Source: Putridiphycobacter sp. (lineage in GTDB: Bacteria; Bacteroidota; Bacteroidia; Flavobacteriales_D; Crocinitomicaceae). From it: a DNA stretch of 64,000 nt. The DNA is taken from contig OZ245997.1 in the NCBI GenBank assembly GCA_965230195.1, forward strand, positions 4,302,913 through 4,366,912, given 5' to 3'. The notes beneath the pieces are model-generated. The model worked only from the letters and a program-made list of their open reading frames with translations. It was not told where the DNA came from and made no database searches. Each line of letters starts with the position of its first letter. Positions within the stretch are counted from its first letter, which is position 1. This document shows, one piece after another, positions 1 through 8,359 of the stretch. A program made the translations under genes and the position numbers.

Positions 1-440
1 AATTGCCAGTTCGTAATTCCGGATGAAGCAGAATGTCGGATATACTCACGGCCTACCGCCAATGTAGAACTGGTATTAGTGCCGTTAACAAAATCACCTG
101 CTTTTTGATTGCTGGCATCTAAAATTGTCAGCTCAAATCCATTTTTTGGACCGCTTGTAACATCAATTTCAAGATTATAGGTTTGTCCGGGCACATAAGT
201 CGAATCTGCGCCATCAAAAATAAAATCAACTACACCTTCAGCTGATTGTACCGAGCCCTGATGACAGTCAGTACAGGTAGATTCGGTTGGTGCACCTGTT
301 TTTCCCGTTGGTGGATTAGAACTAAAATCAGGAGCCGATGAATAGGCTGACTGATGACTTAAGTTTTGATTAAAGTTAAAAGATAAAAATGCAAATGTTG
401 CGATTGAGACTATTGTAAAAAAAGGTATTGATTTTTTCAT
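1..440 (-). CDS. Secreted protein with TCxxCH motif (N-terminal ~146 codons; the 3' end lies beyond the window start)
   Basis: Absent from the ORF track because it runs off the edge. The reverse-strand ATG at 440-438 reads MKKSIPFFTIVSIATFAFLSFNFNQNLSHQSAYSSAPDFSSNPPTGKTGAPTESTCTDCHQGSVQS... It has a hydrophobic signal-like N-terminus and a CTDCH motif. It lies 34 nt downstream of the 475..840 ORF on the same strand. Confidence 0.5.
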   Translation of the reverse strand, partial: MKKSIPFFTIVSIATFAFLSFNFNQNLSHQSAYSSAPDFSSNPPTGKTGAPTESTCTDCHQGSVQSAEGVVDFIFDGADSTYVPGQTYNLEIDVTSGPKNGFELTILDASNQKAGDFVNGTNTSSTLAVGREYIRHSASSGITNWQ

Positions 441-474
441 ATTTTAAATTTTTAAGTTAGTAATTATTATCTGT

Positions 475-840
475 TTAGTTATTTAGTTTTCCCTGATCAA
501 TCCAACATCTAAATTGCTCAATTAAGCTGTCACTTAGCTGCGGACTGCCAAATGGCATTGCTGCAAAACCACTTTCGTGCTTAATAGCATTAAGTACCTG
601 ATCAGCAGCAGCCGCTACTTCGGCATGAGTAGACAGACTAATTGAAGCAGAAGCTGTTGCAGCATCATGACAACCCGAAATATTACAGGACATATTAATG
701 ATATTTGGTTGAATTACGGTTGAAAATTTTACAGTATCTCCACATGGAAAATCAACCTGGTCAACAGGTTTAGCAGCCTTTTCTTTTAGGCAACTGAATA
801 AAATCAGGGCTGGTATGATAAATATATATGCTCTCTTCAT
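475..840 (-). CDS. Small lipoprotein with a cytochrome-like domain (PSCyt1-like by eye), motif C-x4-CH
   Basis: Signal peptide plus lipobox (LILFSC). It contains 'IQPNIINMSCNISGCHD' and the C-terminal 'AMPFGSPQLSDSLIEQFRCWIDQG', which resembles the planctomycete-type cytochrome c domain pattern (C..CH ... MP ... L ... WI..G). Confidence 0.45.
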   Translation of the reverse strand: MKRAYIFIIPALILFSCLKEKAAKPVDQVDFPCGDTVKFSTVIQPNIINMSCNISGCHDAATASASISLSTHAEVAAAADQVLNAIKHESGFAAMPFGSPQLSDSLIEQFRCWIDQGKLNN

Positions 841-843
841 CTG

Positions 844-1686
844 TTAAATCTTAAATTTTCTTGTAATTGAAAAACCTAGTCTGAATTCCCCGTCTAACCA
901 TGATGAGGTTGTTGCAGGAATGAACAGGTTCTCATTAATTCCTCTTCCATTTGAGAATATAAAAGTAAAGGCGTGACCTCCTGTTAACAGTTCAAGTCCC
1001 ACCGACAATGGTTGCTCAAATTCATACCCTTCATTTCGATTCCAAATATGGTTGTATTCTACCAAAACTCCCAGAATTGAAGTAAACCGATATCTGCCAC
1101 TTATTCCCGTAAATAACAATGTATTCACATCATTATGGGCCACCAGATTTCGGTGATTTATACCAACATTAAGCTGAAGCGATAATTTATCGCTAAATTT
1201 TCTGCTGGCTAGAATCTGATTGGTAAAAATAAATCTTTCAACAAAATCGGAATAAGAGTTTTCGGCTGTAGAATCAGTGGAAGGTTCACCGTATGGCAAA
1301 CCCATACTGGTTACAAAAGTCAATCCAAGAGGTGTTTTATCATCTTGTTGCAGAATTCTGTACTTAAAGTACCCATCCACGACCTGACGTAGTGAACCAA
1401 TTCCCTTACTTCTTCCCAACCCTACATTGATATCATTTGTAACGCCATATTCCAATGCCAGACGGACATCAGCAAGGTTATCTAAACCAAACCAATTGGC
1501 TACAGGATCAGGACCGGCCAAATCACCAAATTTATGCGCCACAATAAATTCCATTTGGCGTTTGTAGAGCATTTCAACAGAATGGTTATTTAATACTCTT
1601 GTACCTTCAAAAGTATCCCAGACTTTGTTTTGCCCAAAACCGAAATTTATATGAGACAGCATTAATAATACGACTACCTTTTTCAT
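844..1686 (-). CDS. Putative outer-membrane beta-barrel protein (DUF5777-like by eye)
   Basis: Signal peptide MKKVVVLLMLSHINFGFG. Alternating hydrophobic/polar strands run throughout, with an aromatic-rich C-terminal strand (EFRLGFSITRKFKI). The gap to the next ORF is 3 nt. Confidence 0.4.
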   Translation of the reverse strand: MKKVVVLLMLSHINFGFGQNKVWDTFEGTRVLNNHSVEMLYKRQMEFIVAHKFGDLAGPDPVANWFGLDNLADVRLALEYGVTNDINVGLGRSKGIGSLRQVVDGYFKYRILQQDDKTPLGLTFVTSMGLPYGEPSTDSTAENSYSDFVERFIFTNQILASRKFSDKLSLQLNVGINHRNLVAHNDVNTLLFTGISGRYRFTSILGVLVEYNHIWNRNEGYEFEQPLSVGLELLTGGHAFTFIFSNGRGINENLFIPATTSSWLDGEFRLGFSITRKFKI

Positions 1687-1722
1687 TATTTATTCTCCAG
1701 TTTTTGGTATTTAATACCTGAT

Positions 1723-2748
1723 TTATTTTCTTTTACTTGTTATATATGCCATTAAGTCAAGCAATTGCTTTTCGCTCATTTTTTCAAGTGTATATTGCGG
1801 CATATATTGTCTACGACCATTCATGGCATAAGTTCCTTTTCTAACGATATAAGGCACCGAAAAATGACTGCTTTTTTCAAACTTAGACTCAAAAAAAGAC
1901 AGTGTTAAATCAGTGGCATTGAATTCAAAATTGGTAATTCCCCTACCATAATCATGGCAATGCATACATCCGTTTTTAAAGATATACTCTCCGTTTTTAA
2001 CATTTCCTTTATAGTCCACAATATGCGGTTTTGTTAATTTTCCAAATGTTGCTGGGTTGATACTATTATACTTTTTCTTTAACAGTTTTATCCCGGCTTT
2101 ATCTTTCCCCATCACATACTTGGTTAAATCATCCAACTCATCATGACTTAACTTTAAATCTGAAATTTGAATTGAAATGGATTTATAATAATGTAATATT
2201 GATCTGATTTCCCAATTTTCCAGAGGCCTTCCCTGAGAACATTGTACTGCACATAATTGTATAGCATTAACCAGGGTATCTCTGGTTGGTTTTACCAAAT
2301 CACCATATTTCAAATCATAATCACCGTTATACCAATTTGTTTTATTATACATACCGTAAAATGTAGAGGCAGGTAAATAAGATAGTCCTTTCTCCATTCC
2401 GTAAGCTATTCTGGCCTCAGGACTCTCATCTGCCAGGTCAGATACTTCTGACTCCAGGTTATGGCAGTCAGTACAAACAAAGAACTTTGACAACCTTTTA
2501 TGCTTGCGATCAGACAGCTGCCCTTTTGTGATAATTTCATACCCTATTTTGGCTGAATCTTTATCAACCGTTTCGATATAATGCAATGGTTTTGAGTCTC
2601 CCATTTTGAGTAATGCATCTTCAAGACTCAGATCCGTTACCAGTCTTGTTTCAGACTGTAAGTCCTGATTTACAGAATAATTAGACAGAAAAACAAACCC
2701 TGCTAAAATGATAAAAAGAAATGAAACTTTAAATCTGCGTTCAATCAT
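1723..2748 (-). CDS. Di-haem c-type cytochrome (two CxxCH motifs)
   Basis: N-terminal membrane anchor or signal. Motifs are 'FFVCTDCHNL' and 'NGCMHCHDYG', with the second preceded by 'GEYIFKNG' as in class I cytochrome c. A Met-rich distal region is present ('RRQYMPQY'). Confidence 0.6.
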   Translation of the reverse strand: MIERRFKVSFLFIILAGFVFLSNYSVNQDLQSETRLVTDLSLEDALLKMGDSKPLHYIETVDKDSAKIGYEIITKGQLSDRKHKRLSKFFVCTDCHNLESEVSDLADESPEARIAYGMEKGLSYLPASTFYGMYNKTNWYNGDYDLKYGDLVKPTRDTLVNAIQLCAVQCSQGRPLENWEIRSILHYYKSISIQISDLKLSHDELDDLTKYVMGKDKAGIKLLKKKYNSINPATFGKLTKPHIVDYKGNVKNGEYIFKNGCMHCHDYGRGITNFEFNATDLTLSFFESKFEKSSHFSVPYIVRKGTYAMNGRRQYMPQYTLEKMSEKQLLDLMAYITSKRK

Positions 2749-2761
2749 AATAATGATTTTC

Positions 2762-2769
2762 TATTTTTG
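2762..2769 (+). promoter_or_regulatory. Candidate -7 box (TATTTTTG) for recG
   Basis: Matches TAnnTTTG, 48 nt upstream of the recG ATG (2818). Confidence 0.25.
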
Positions 2770-2784
2770 TAATTACAATATAAA

Positions 2785-2792
2785 CAAAATTA
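2785..2792 (-). promoter_or_regulatory. Candidate Bacteroidota -7 box (TAATTTTG) for the cytochrome cluster
   Basis: The reverse complement of caaaatta matches TAnnTTTG, with 36 nt between the box and the ATG at 2748. Confidence 0.3.
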
Positions 2793-2817
2793 TCAAACTT
2801 CAATATTTAGTCGTAAA

Positions 2818-4920
2818 ATGCAGCACTCCTTACTCGATACACCTATAGAATATCTGAAAGGTGTTGGCCCTCAAAAGGGGGAAGTGCTTCGAAAGGAATT
2901 GCATATTTTCACGTTTAGAGATTTGTTGCATTATTTTCCCTTTCGCTATATTGACCGTTCTACCTATCAGACTGTTGGTAATATTCCTAATGAACAGGGC
3001 TATGTTCAACTAAAGGGGAAGATATCTCAAATATCCGAAGTTGGTAAAGGTCGTGGTAAGCGACTGGTAGCTAAATTTTCCGATTCAAGCGGATCGGTTG
3101 AATTAACCTGGTTTAAAGGTGCCAGCTGGATTAAAAGTAATTTAAAACCCAATACGATTTATCGTTTATATGGAAAGCCAAAACGTTATGGTTTAAAATT
3201 TTCTATTGCTCATCCCGAACTTGAGGAAATTGAACAGATTAAAGGCGGTGAGCTTGGTTTACAGCCTGTTTACCATAGTGGAGAAAAACTGGCTAACCGA
3301 CACCTTAACAGTAAAGGTATTGAAACTCTGATTAAAAACCTTTTACCCCAAATTAAAGGAAAAATAAATGACCCCATCCCGGATTGGATTGTCAAAGACT
3401 TAAATCTGATTTCAAGAGAAGATGCTTTACTTCAGATTCATTCTCCCGGTAATGGTAAAACTGCAAAACAGGCACAGCTCAGGGTAAAATTTGACGAATT
3501 ATTTTTCCTCCAACTGGAATTACTAACCCGAAAAAAAATCAGTCAACGGAAAATAAAAGGCTATGCATTTGACCATATAGGTGATGTTTTTAATGCATTT
3601 TACAGTGATCACCTCCCCTTTACTCTGACTAATGCTCAAAAAAGAGTGGTTAAGGAAATCCGAAAAGATATGTCAGGTGGAGGTCATATGAACCGACTTT
3701 TACAAGGAGATGTTGGAAGTGGTAAAACTCTGGTTGCTGTTTTATCGGCTCTTATTGCTATTGGAAATAACTTCCAGGCCTGTATCATGGCACCTACCGA
3801 AATTCTGGCTAACCAGCATTATGAAACTGTTTCAGAACTGTTGAACGGTCTTGGTGTCAAAATAGCCCTACTTACCGGATCAACCAAAGCTTCGGAAAGA
3901 AAACCACTACATGAAGCATTGGAAAATGGTGAAATTGATGTTTTAATTGGTACTCATGCCCTATTGGAAAAGAAAGTAAAGTATAAAAACCTGGGATTGG
4001 CTATTATTGATGAACAACACAGGTTTGGAGTTGCTCAACGTTCTAAATTATGGGCTAAAAATGAATTACCTCCTCATATTTTAGTGATGACAGCCACTCC
4101 TATTCCACGGACTTTGGCTTTAACATTCTATGGAGATCTTGATGTATCGGTTATTGATGAATTGCCACCTGGACGTAAAAAAATTGAGACCCGACATTAT
4201 TTTGAAAGCTCAAGACTAAAAGTATTTAAGTTTATTGAAAGTCAGGTTGCACTTGGAAGACAGGTTTATATTGTATACCCATTAATTGAAGAGTCAGAAA
4301 CCATGGATTATGCCAATTTAATGGAAGGTTATGAATCCATTTCCAGACGGTTTCCAAGACCAAATTATAATGTCAGTATTGTCCATGGCCGCATGAAAGC
4401 AGAGGACAAGGACTATGAAATGAAGCTGTTTGCTGATGGCCTCACTCATATTATGGTTGCCACAACAGTAATTGAAGTGGGTGTGAATGTGCCTAATGCC
4501 AGTATTATGGTGATTGAAAGTGCTGAAAAATTTGGACTTTCACAACTCCATCAGCTCAGAGGAAGAGTTGGTAGGGGTGCTGAACAATCCTATTGTATTT
4601 TAATGACCGGTTATAAGTTAGGTGAAAATGCAAAAACCAGAATGGAAACCATGGTTCAAACCAATGATGGTTTTGAAATATCGGAAGTTGATTTAAAACT
4701 AAGAGGACCCGGTGATATTATGGGGACCAAGCAAAGTGGTGTTTTGGACCTTAAATTAGCTGATCTGGCCAAAGATGGTCAAATTGTTAGTCTTGCCAGA
4801 GAAAAAGCAAGGGAATTATTTGAAAAAGATCCTCAATTAGCTGCAAAAGAACATCAGGATATTGCCCTTATTTTAAGACAGATTATTAAATCGAAACCGA
4901 ATTGGAGTCGGATCAGTTGA
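2818..4920 (+). CDS. recG: ATP-dependent DNA helicase RecG
   Basis: 700 aa with an N-terminal wedge/OB region. Helicase motifs are 'LLQGDVGSGKT', 'IIDEQHRFGV', 'MTATPIPRTL' and 'QLRGRVGRG', followed by the C-terminal 'LRGPGDIMGTKQSG' TRG motif. Confidence 0.95.
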   Translation: MQHSLLDTPIEYLKGVGPQKGEVLRKELHIFTFRDLLHYFPFRYIDRSTYQTVGNIPNEQGYVQLKGKISQISEVGKGRGKRLVAKFSDSSGSVELTWFKGASWIKSNLKPNTIYRLYGKPKRYGLKFSIAHPELEEIEQIKGGELGLQPVYHSGEKLANRHLNSKGIETLIKNLLPQIKGKINDPIPDWIVKDLNLISREDALLQIHSPGNGKTAKQAQLRVKFDELFFLQLELLTRKKISQRKIKGYAFDHIGDVFNAFYSDHLPFTLTNAQKRVVKEIRKDMSGGGHMNRLLQGDVGSGKTLVAVLSALIAIGNNFQACIMAPTEILANQHYETVSELLNGLGVKIALLTGSTKASERKPLHEALENGEIDVLIGTHALLEKKVKYKNLGLAIIDEQHRFGVAQRSKLWAKNELPPHILVMTATPIPRTLALTFYGDLDVSVIDELPPGRKKIETRHYFESSRLKVFKFIESQVALGRQVYIVYPLIEESETMDYANLMEGYESISRRFPRPNYNVSIVHGRMKAEDKDYEMKLFADGLTHIMVATTVIEVGVNVPNASIMVIESAEKFGLSQLHQLRGRVGRGAEQSYCILMTGYKLGENAKTRMETMVQTNDGFEISEVDLKLRGPGDIMGTKQSGVLDLKLADLAKDGQIVSLAREKARELFEKDPQLAAKEHQDIALILRQIIKSKPNWSRIS

Positions 4921-5156
4921 TTATTTGTTTCTCAGTTGATGATTACTGGTTAATTGTTCTTAAGTTTCTAGTTATTAGTTGGTTGTTTTCTATTTTTGAA
5001 TTCATTACCCGTTGATGGTTGATAGTTGCTGGTTAATTGTTGTTGAATTTATAATTTGTGATTTCTGATTTTTGATTTTGTTATTAGTTAATGGTTATAA
5101 ACATTTATATTCTCAAACAACCAGAAACGATAAACCAGGAACCAGTTTAACTTTTT
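4921..5156. repeat. Intergenic GTT-rich / AAC-rich inverted-repeat element, copy A
   Basis: GTT-rich, C-poor arms lie at 4931-4959 and 5009-5046. A T-rich core 'gatttctgatttttgattttgtta' lies at about 5060-5085. The AAC-rich arm 'tcaaacaaccagaaacgataaaccaggaaccag' is at 5113-5145. The reverse complement of 5011-5034 matches 5119-5142 at 19/24 positions. The core and arms are shared with copies D and E. Confidence 0.6.
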
Positions 5157-5651
5157 TTATTGTTCCAATCCCAGTTTAAATCTCTCAATTTGTCTTCTGT
5201 GTCGTAAAACATGAACGATAGCATGCTCGTATAATTGTTCCACATCATATTGTTGACCCCAGGAGACATTTATTTTCTTAGCATTATCATACTCTTCCAA
5301 TTTTATGGAGGGGTAATCCTCAAATAATGCGACATTATAGTCAAACATTTTATTCAATTCTATCAGATATGCTTCAGTTGAATTTTGATCATCCGATTGT
5401 CTATAACCAAGTGATTCTCCTTTCCATTTTCTGATGGCTATTACATAATTATATCCTGCTCTTACCACATGGCTAAGGATAGATTGGATCGAAACACAAT
5501 CTTTATCTGTTGCCTTGGGATCAACGATTTGCCTTAACTCCAAGTCAGAAAGAGATTTGATGACTTCTTTTAACTCAAAAATGGCTTTTTCATATTCATC
5601 CAATAATGCACCAATAGCACCATTATTTCTGTATTTTCCCCCTGCTTTCAT
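5157..5651 (-). CDS. DinB-superfamily (DinB_2-like) protein
   Basis: 164 aa with His-containing helices typical of DinB four-helix bundles ('ILSHVVRAGYNY', 'EHAIVHVLRHRRQIERF'). Confidence 0.5.
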   Translation of the reverse strand: MKAGGKYRNNGAIGALLDEYEKAIFELKEVIKSLSDLELRQIVDPKATDKDCVSIQSILSHVVRAGYNYVIAIRKWKGESLGYRQSDDQNSTEAYLIELNKMFDYNVALFEDYPSIKLEEYDNAKKINVSWGQQYDVEQLYEHAIVHVLRHRRQIERFKLGLEQ

Positions 5652-5700
5652 TTACTTTATTGTCAGTTGATTGTTAATAGTTGATAATTAGTGTTCATCT
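5652..5700. repeat. Intergenic repeat element, short copy B (single arm)
   Basis: 'tgtcagttgattgttaatagttgataattag' (5661-5691) is near-identical to 'tgtcagttgtttttgttaatagttt' in copy D (7401-7422). Both sit directly next to the start codon of a minus-strand gene. Confidence 0.45.
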
Positions 5701-6506
5701 TTAATTAACCGGCTCATAGGTATAATGATACTCAATCCCGTTAATTTTGTCTAATTCTTTTACAAAAAGCATTGATTCCTCACCAGAATATCTATCAAAT
5801 TGGTGAACTTCAAATTTTACCCTTCTATTTAAATCGTTGACTAAATATTTTCCATCAATAATATATTGCTCAGAACCAAATTCCAGTTCACGTGGTACAT
5901 GATCAAGAAAACCATCTTGGATTACCCAATTATCTGAATACCCATCTCCAATATCAGTCAATACCCACCTTCCTGAAATACATTTCTCATTGAATCCTTT
6001 ACTTTTTAACTCTAACAGAGTTTTATTATCAAAGGACTTTCGTACATAATAATGGGATTCATCATAATCATTGGTACCAAATATGGCAAGTGTATCATTC
6101 TTAAGCTGAATTTGCTTTTTCTCTATGTATACCCGATTTGAAGTACTAAAAAAAATTGAATCATTTCTAAAGTGTACAGTTTCGGCATAGTCCTGCATAT
6201 CCCAACTACAAGGATAATCAAGCAACCATGCCTTTCCTTCAGCAAATAACAAATCTACGTACTCAGGTTGAATTGCCTTATTATCTCTATTTCTTACTTC
6301 TAAAACACAAGTCCAAAGTCCCTCATAGGTACTAAACTCCCTTTTTTGATAAGCTTTGTTCTGAAAATTGAATCATCCAGAAATTTATTCCTTTCCAACC
6401 AAAGAGAGTCTTCTTTCGAATAAACGATTACATCACCTTTAACATTTGATTTACATGCAATAAAACACAGTATAAAGATTAGATTTAGACATATGATTAA
6501 TTTCAT
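5701..6506 (-). pseudogene. Lipoprotein gene split into two ORFs (6506..6300 and 6252..5701) by a frame change at an A6 run
   Basis: The upstream 68-aa ORF has a signal peptide and lipobox (LCFIAC). The frame of the 183-aa ORF is open back to about 6390 and overlaps the end of the 68-aa ORF. Adding one A to the run (T6 on the plus strand, 6342-6347) reads through as ...LIKKREFSTYEGLWTCVLEVRNRDNKAIQPEYVDLLFAEGKAW... Confidence 0.4.
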
Positions 6507-6593
6507 TATATAAAAAAGTTTTACCGTTATCAGTTAATAGCTAAAGATACTCATAGATTTTCTCAGAACCATTGACGAGAAACTATTAACCAC
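6507..6593. repeat. Intergenic repeat element, copy C (AAC-rich arm)
   Basis: 'tcagaaccattgacgagaaactattaaccac' (6563-6593) matches 'caaccattaacgagaaacaattaaccc' of copy E. The arm abuts the stop codon of the 6594..7391 gene. Confidence 0.45.
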
Positions 6594-7391
6594 TTAAGTA
6601 CTTAAATATTTGTTTACCTCACTAATGATTTTACTAATATCGTGATCATAAAATCCGGTATCGTTAAAGCAATTACATTCTACAATTTTAAACAATCCAT
6701 TATGCAGTGCGGTATCCATAACGAAAACATCATTGGGAACGTATTCGGCACAGCGGTCAAGGACAAATTCCAAAAGTTCGTCCGGAACATCTACAGCAGA
6801 TTTGCTGACCTGTCCATTCTCTGCATATTTACTACTTGACACAATTTTTTTGTCTACTATAAAATGTCGCCACTCTTTCTCGATCTGCTTTGGTTTTGAT
6901 ATAGCAACTAGTGTATTTTCATCCAGATAAGGATTATTTGATTCAGTTAAAGTACTTTCAAGCTTTGACATTTCATCAAAACTCATTATTGTGCCTGAAA
7001 AAGATTTATCATCATAGATTGGTCGTACGAACCACTCCCCCATTTTATAAAGATCTTTTTTAATGATCCCACTAAAAGTTAAAATTTCGCTGTTGTAATT
7101 AAGCATATGGTTCCCCCATTTTTCGAAATAATTCTTCATACTGAATATCTCCTTATCATAAAAAATGCCTTCTCTTAATGCTTCACTACTGTAGGCATTC
7201 ATTATTAATGTGGTTGAGCCATAAAAAACCTTTAGGTCGTCAGAAGCTTCGATTTCAGGAATTTGATCAGAAAATGGGATGATCTTAACTTCTTCAAAAC
7301 TCACATTATTATTATTCAAAACCATTTTAATTTGATCCAAAACGGATTCTTTGATCAGATTATTTTGTAGTACCCAGCGTATTTTTTTCAT
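6594..7391 (-). CDS. ATP-grasp domain protein (R2K-type / DUF4343-like by eye)
   Basis: 265 aa. 'KEWRHFIVDKKIVSSSKY' and 'VFVMDTALHNGLFKIVECNCFNDTGFY' resemble the EWRxFVV...SxY and hhDh...G..kIhExN motifs of stand-alone ATP-grasp amidoligases. Confidence 0.5.
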   Translation of the reverse strand: MKKIRWVLQNNLIKESVLDQIKMVLNNNNVSFEEVKIIPFSDQIPEIEASDDLKVFYGSTTLIMNAYSSEALREGIFYDKEIFSMKNYFEKWGNHMLNYNSEILTFSGIIKKDLYKMGEWFVRPIYDDKSFSGTIMSFDEMSKLESTLTESNNPYLDENTLVAISKPKQIEKEWRHFIVDKKIVSSSKYAENGQVSKSAVDVPDELLEFVLDRCAEYVPNDVFVMDTALHNGLFKIVECNCFNDTGFYDHDISKIISEVNKYLST

Positions 7392-7553
7392 TTGGTTTCT
7401 TGTCAGTTGTTTTTGTTAATAGTTTTTAATTTCGAATTTCTGATTTTTAATTTTGTTAATCGTTGATAGTTAGAGATATCCATAAAATAATAAATAGGAA
7501 ACAATTAACTATGAACAGGTTTACTTATTTTTGATTTTATTACATTTGAAATC
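7392..7553. repeat. Intergenic GTT-rich / AAC-rich inverted-repeat element, copy D
   Basis: The GTT arm is at 7401-7422. The core 'gaatttctgatttttaattttgttaat' is about 24/26 identical to the core of copy A. A second GTT arm 'cgttgatagttagag' follows, then the AAC arm 'ggaaacaattaactatgaacagg' (7497-7519). Confidence 0.6.
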
Positions 7554-8108
7554 ATGCTGAAATCAATACTGCTTGTCTCTGTTTTAATATTATTTTTCAG
7601 TTGTGAAACTCAAACAGAAACCAAGATACAAAAAGTTAACGAAGATAAAATTGAATCCGTTACCATTGATACTTTAAGTGTATTAAACAGATATAATTCT
7701 GATGATAATTTATACATAGGCACTGACTTGTACAACAAGATTATTGACTCTAATGTTCTGATAGAATATGACCGGGTTGTCAGAGATGAATTTATACATA
7801 CTAAGTTTGATTCTGTTTTTTTCAACCTAAAAAACGACACGCTATATCTCCATCATGTATTTTTCGCCCTGGGACGTATGGGGAATGAGGAATTTGCCTA
7901 TTTAGAACATAAAGGCAAGGTTGCTACATTAAAAACACCTTTTTTGAACAAAGGAAGTATAAGAATTAAAGGTAACGATACGATTGTTAATGGTTCTGTT
8001 GGTTGCGACTGTACAGGACAAATCGAACAAATATTTAAGGTTCCAATATCTGAATTAGAAAATATGGAACATCTGCTTTTTAGAAACGAAAAGATAAATT
8101 TTAGATGA
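7554..8108 (+). CDS. Hypothetical lipoprotein
   Basis: Signal peptide plus lipobox (LILFFSC). No recognisable domain. Confidence 0.45.
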   Translation: MLKSILLVSVLILFFSCETQTETKIQKVNEDKIESVTIDTLSVLNRYNSDDNLYIGTDLYNKIIDSNVLIEYDRVVRDEFIHTKFDSVFFNLKNDTLYLHHVFFALGRMGNEEFAYLEHKGKVATLKTPFLNKGSIRIKGNDTIVNGSVGCDCTGQIEQIFKVPISELENMEHLLFRNEKINFR

Positions 8109-8359
8109 TTTATTTTTTAAACTGTTGATTGTTCTTCAATTGATTGTTTCCTATTTTTGATTTTTGAATTCCTTAATTGTTGGTAGTTGTAGATATTCGT
8201 ATTTTCAAACAACCATTAACGAGAAACAATTAACCCGCAACTATTTTTTGATTTCTGCTTATCAGTACCTTATCGAATGTAACCGTCATATTTTAAAAAG
8301 CTAACGCATTTCAAACAGTCAACGAACAACAAGAAACAATTAACTGATTAACTACTCAA
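8109..8359. repeat. Intergenic GTT-rich / AAC-rich inverted-repeat element, copy E (double)
   Basis: The GTT arm 'actgttgattgttcttcaattgattgtttcc' is followed by the core 'tatttttgatttttgaattcc' and a second GTT arm 'ttaattgttggtagttgtag'. AAC arms follow at 8205-8236 ('tcaaacaaccattaacgagaaacaattaaccc') and 8311-8352 ('tcaaacagtcaacgaacaacaagaaacaattaactgattaac'). Confidence 0.6.

Noticed and set aside
4921-8359. Integron-like gene cassettes with attC sites (imperfect inverted repeats between small promoterless ORFs)
   Set aside because: No integrase is nearby, since recG and pyrB flank the region. One ORF is on the opposite strand. The arm ends (e.g. GTTAATT / AATTAAC) do not fit the RYYYAAC / GTTRRRY core sites. 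Some gaps carry only one arm.
4921-8359. CRISPR array
   Set aside because: The repeated sequences are degenerate, of variable length and separated by 0.5-0.8-kb protein-coding ORFs. They are not constant-length direct repeats with short spacers, and there are no cas genes in the window.
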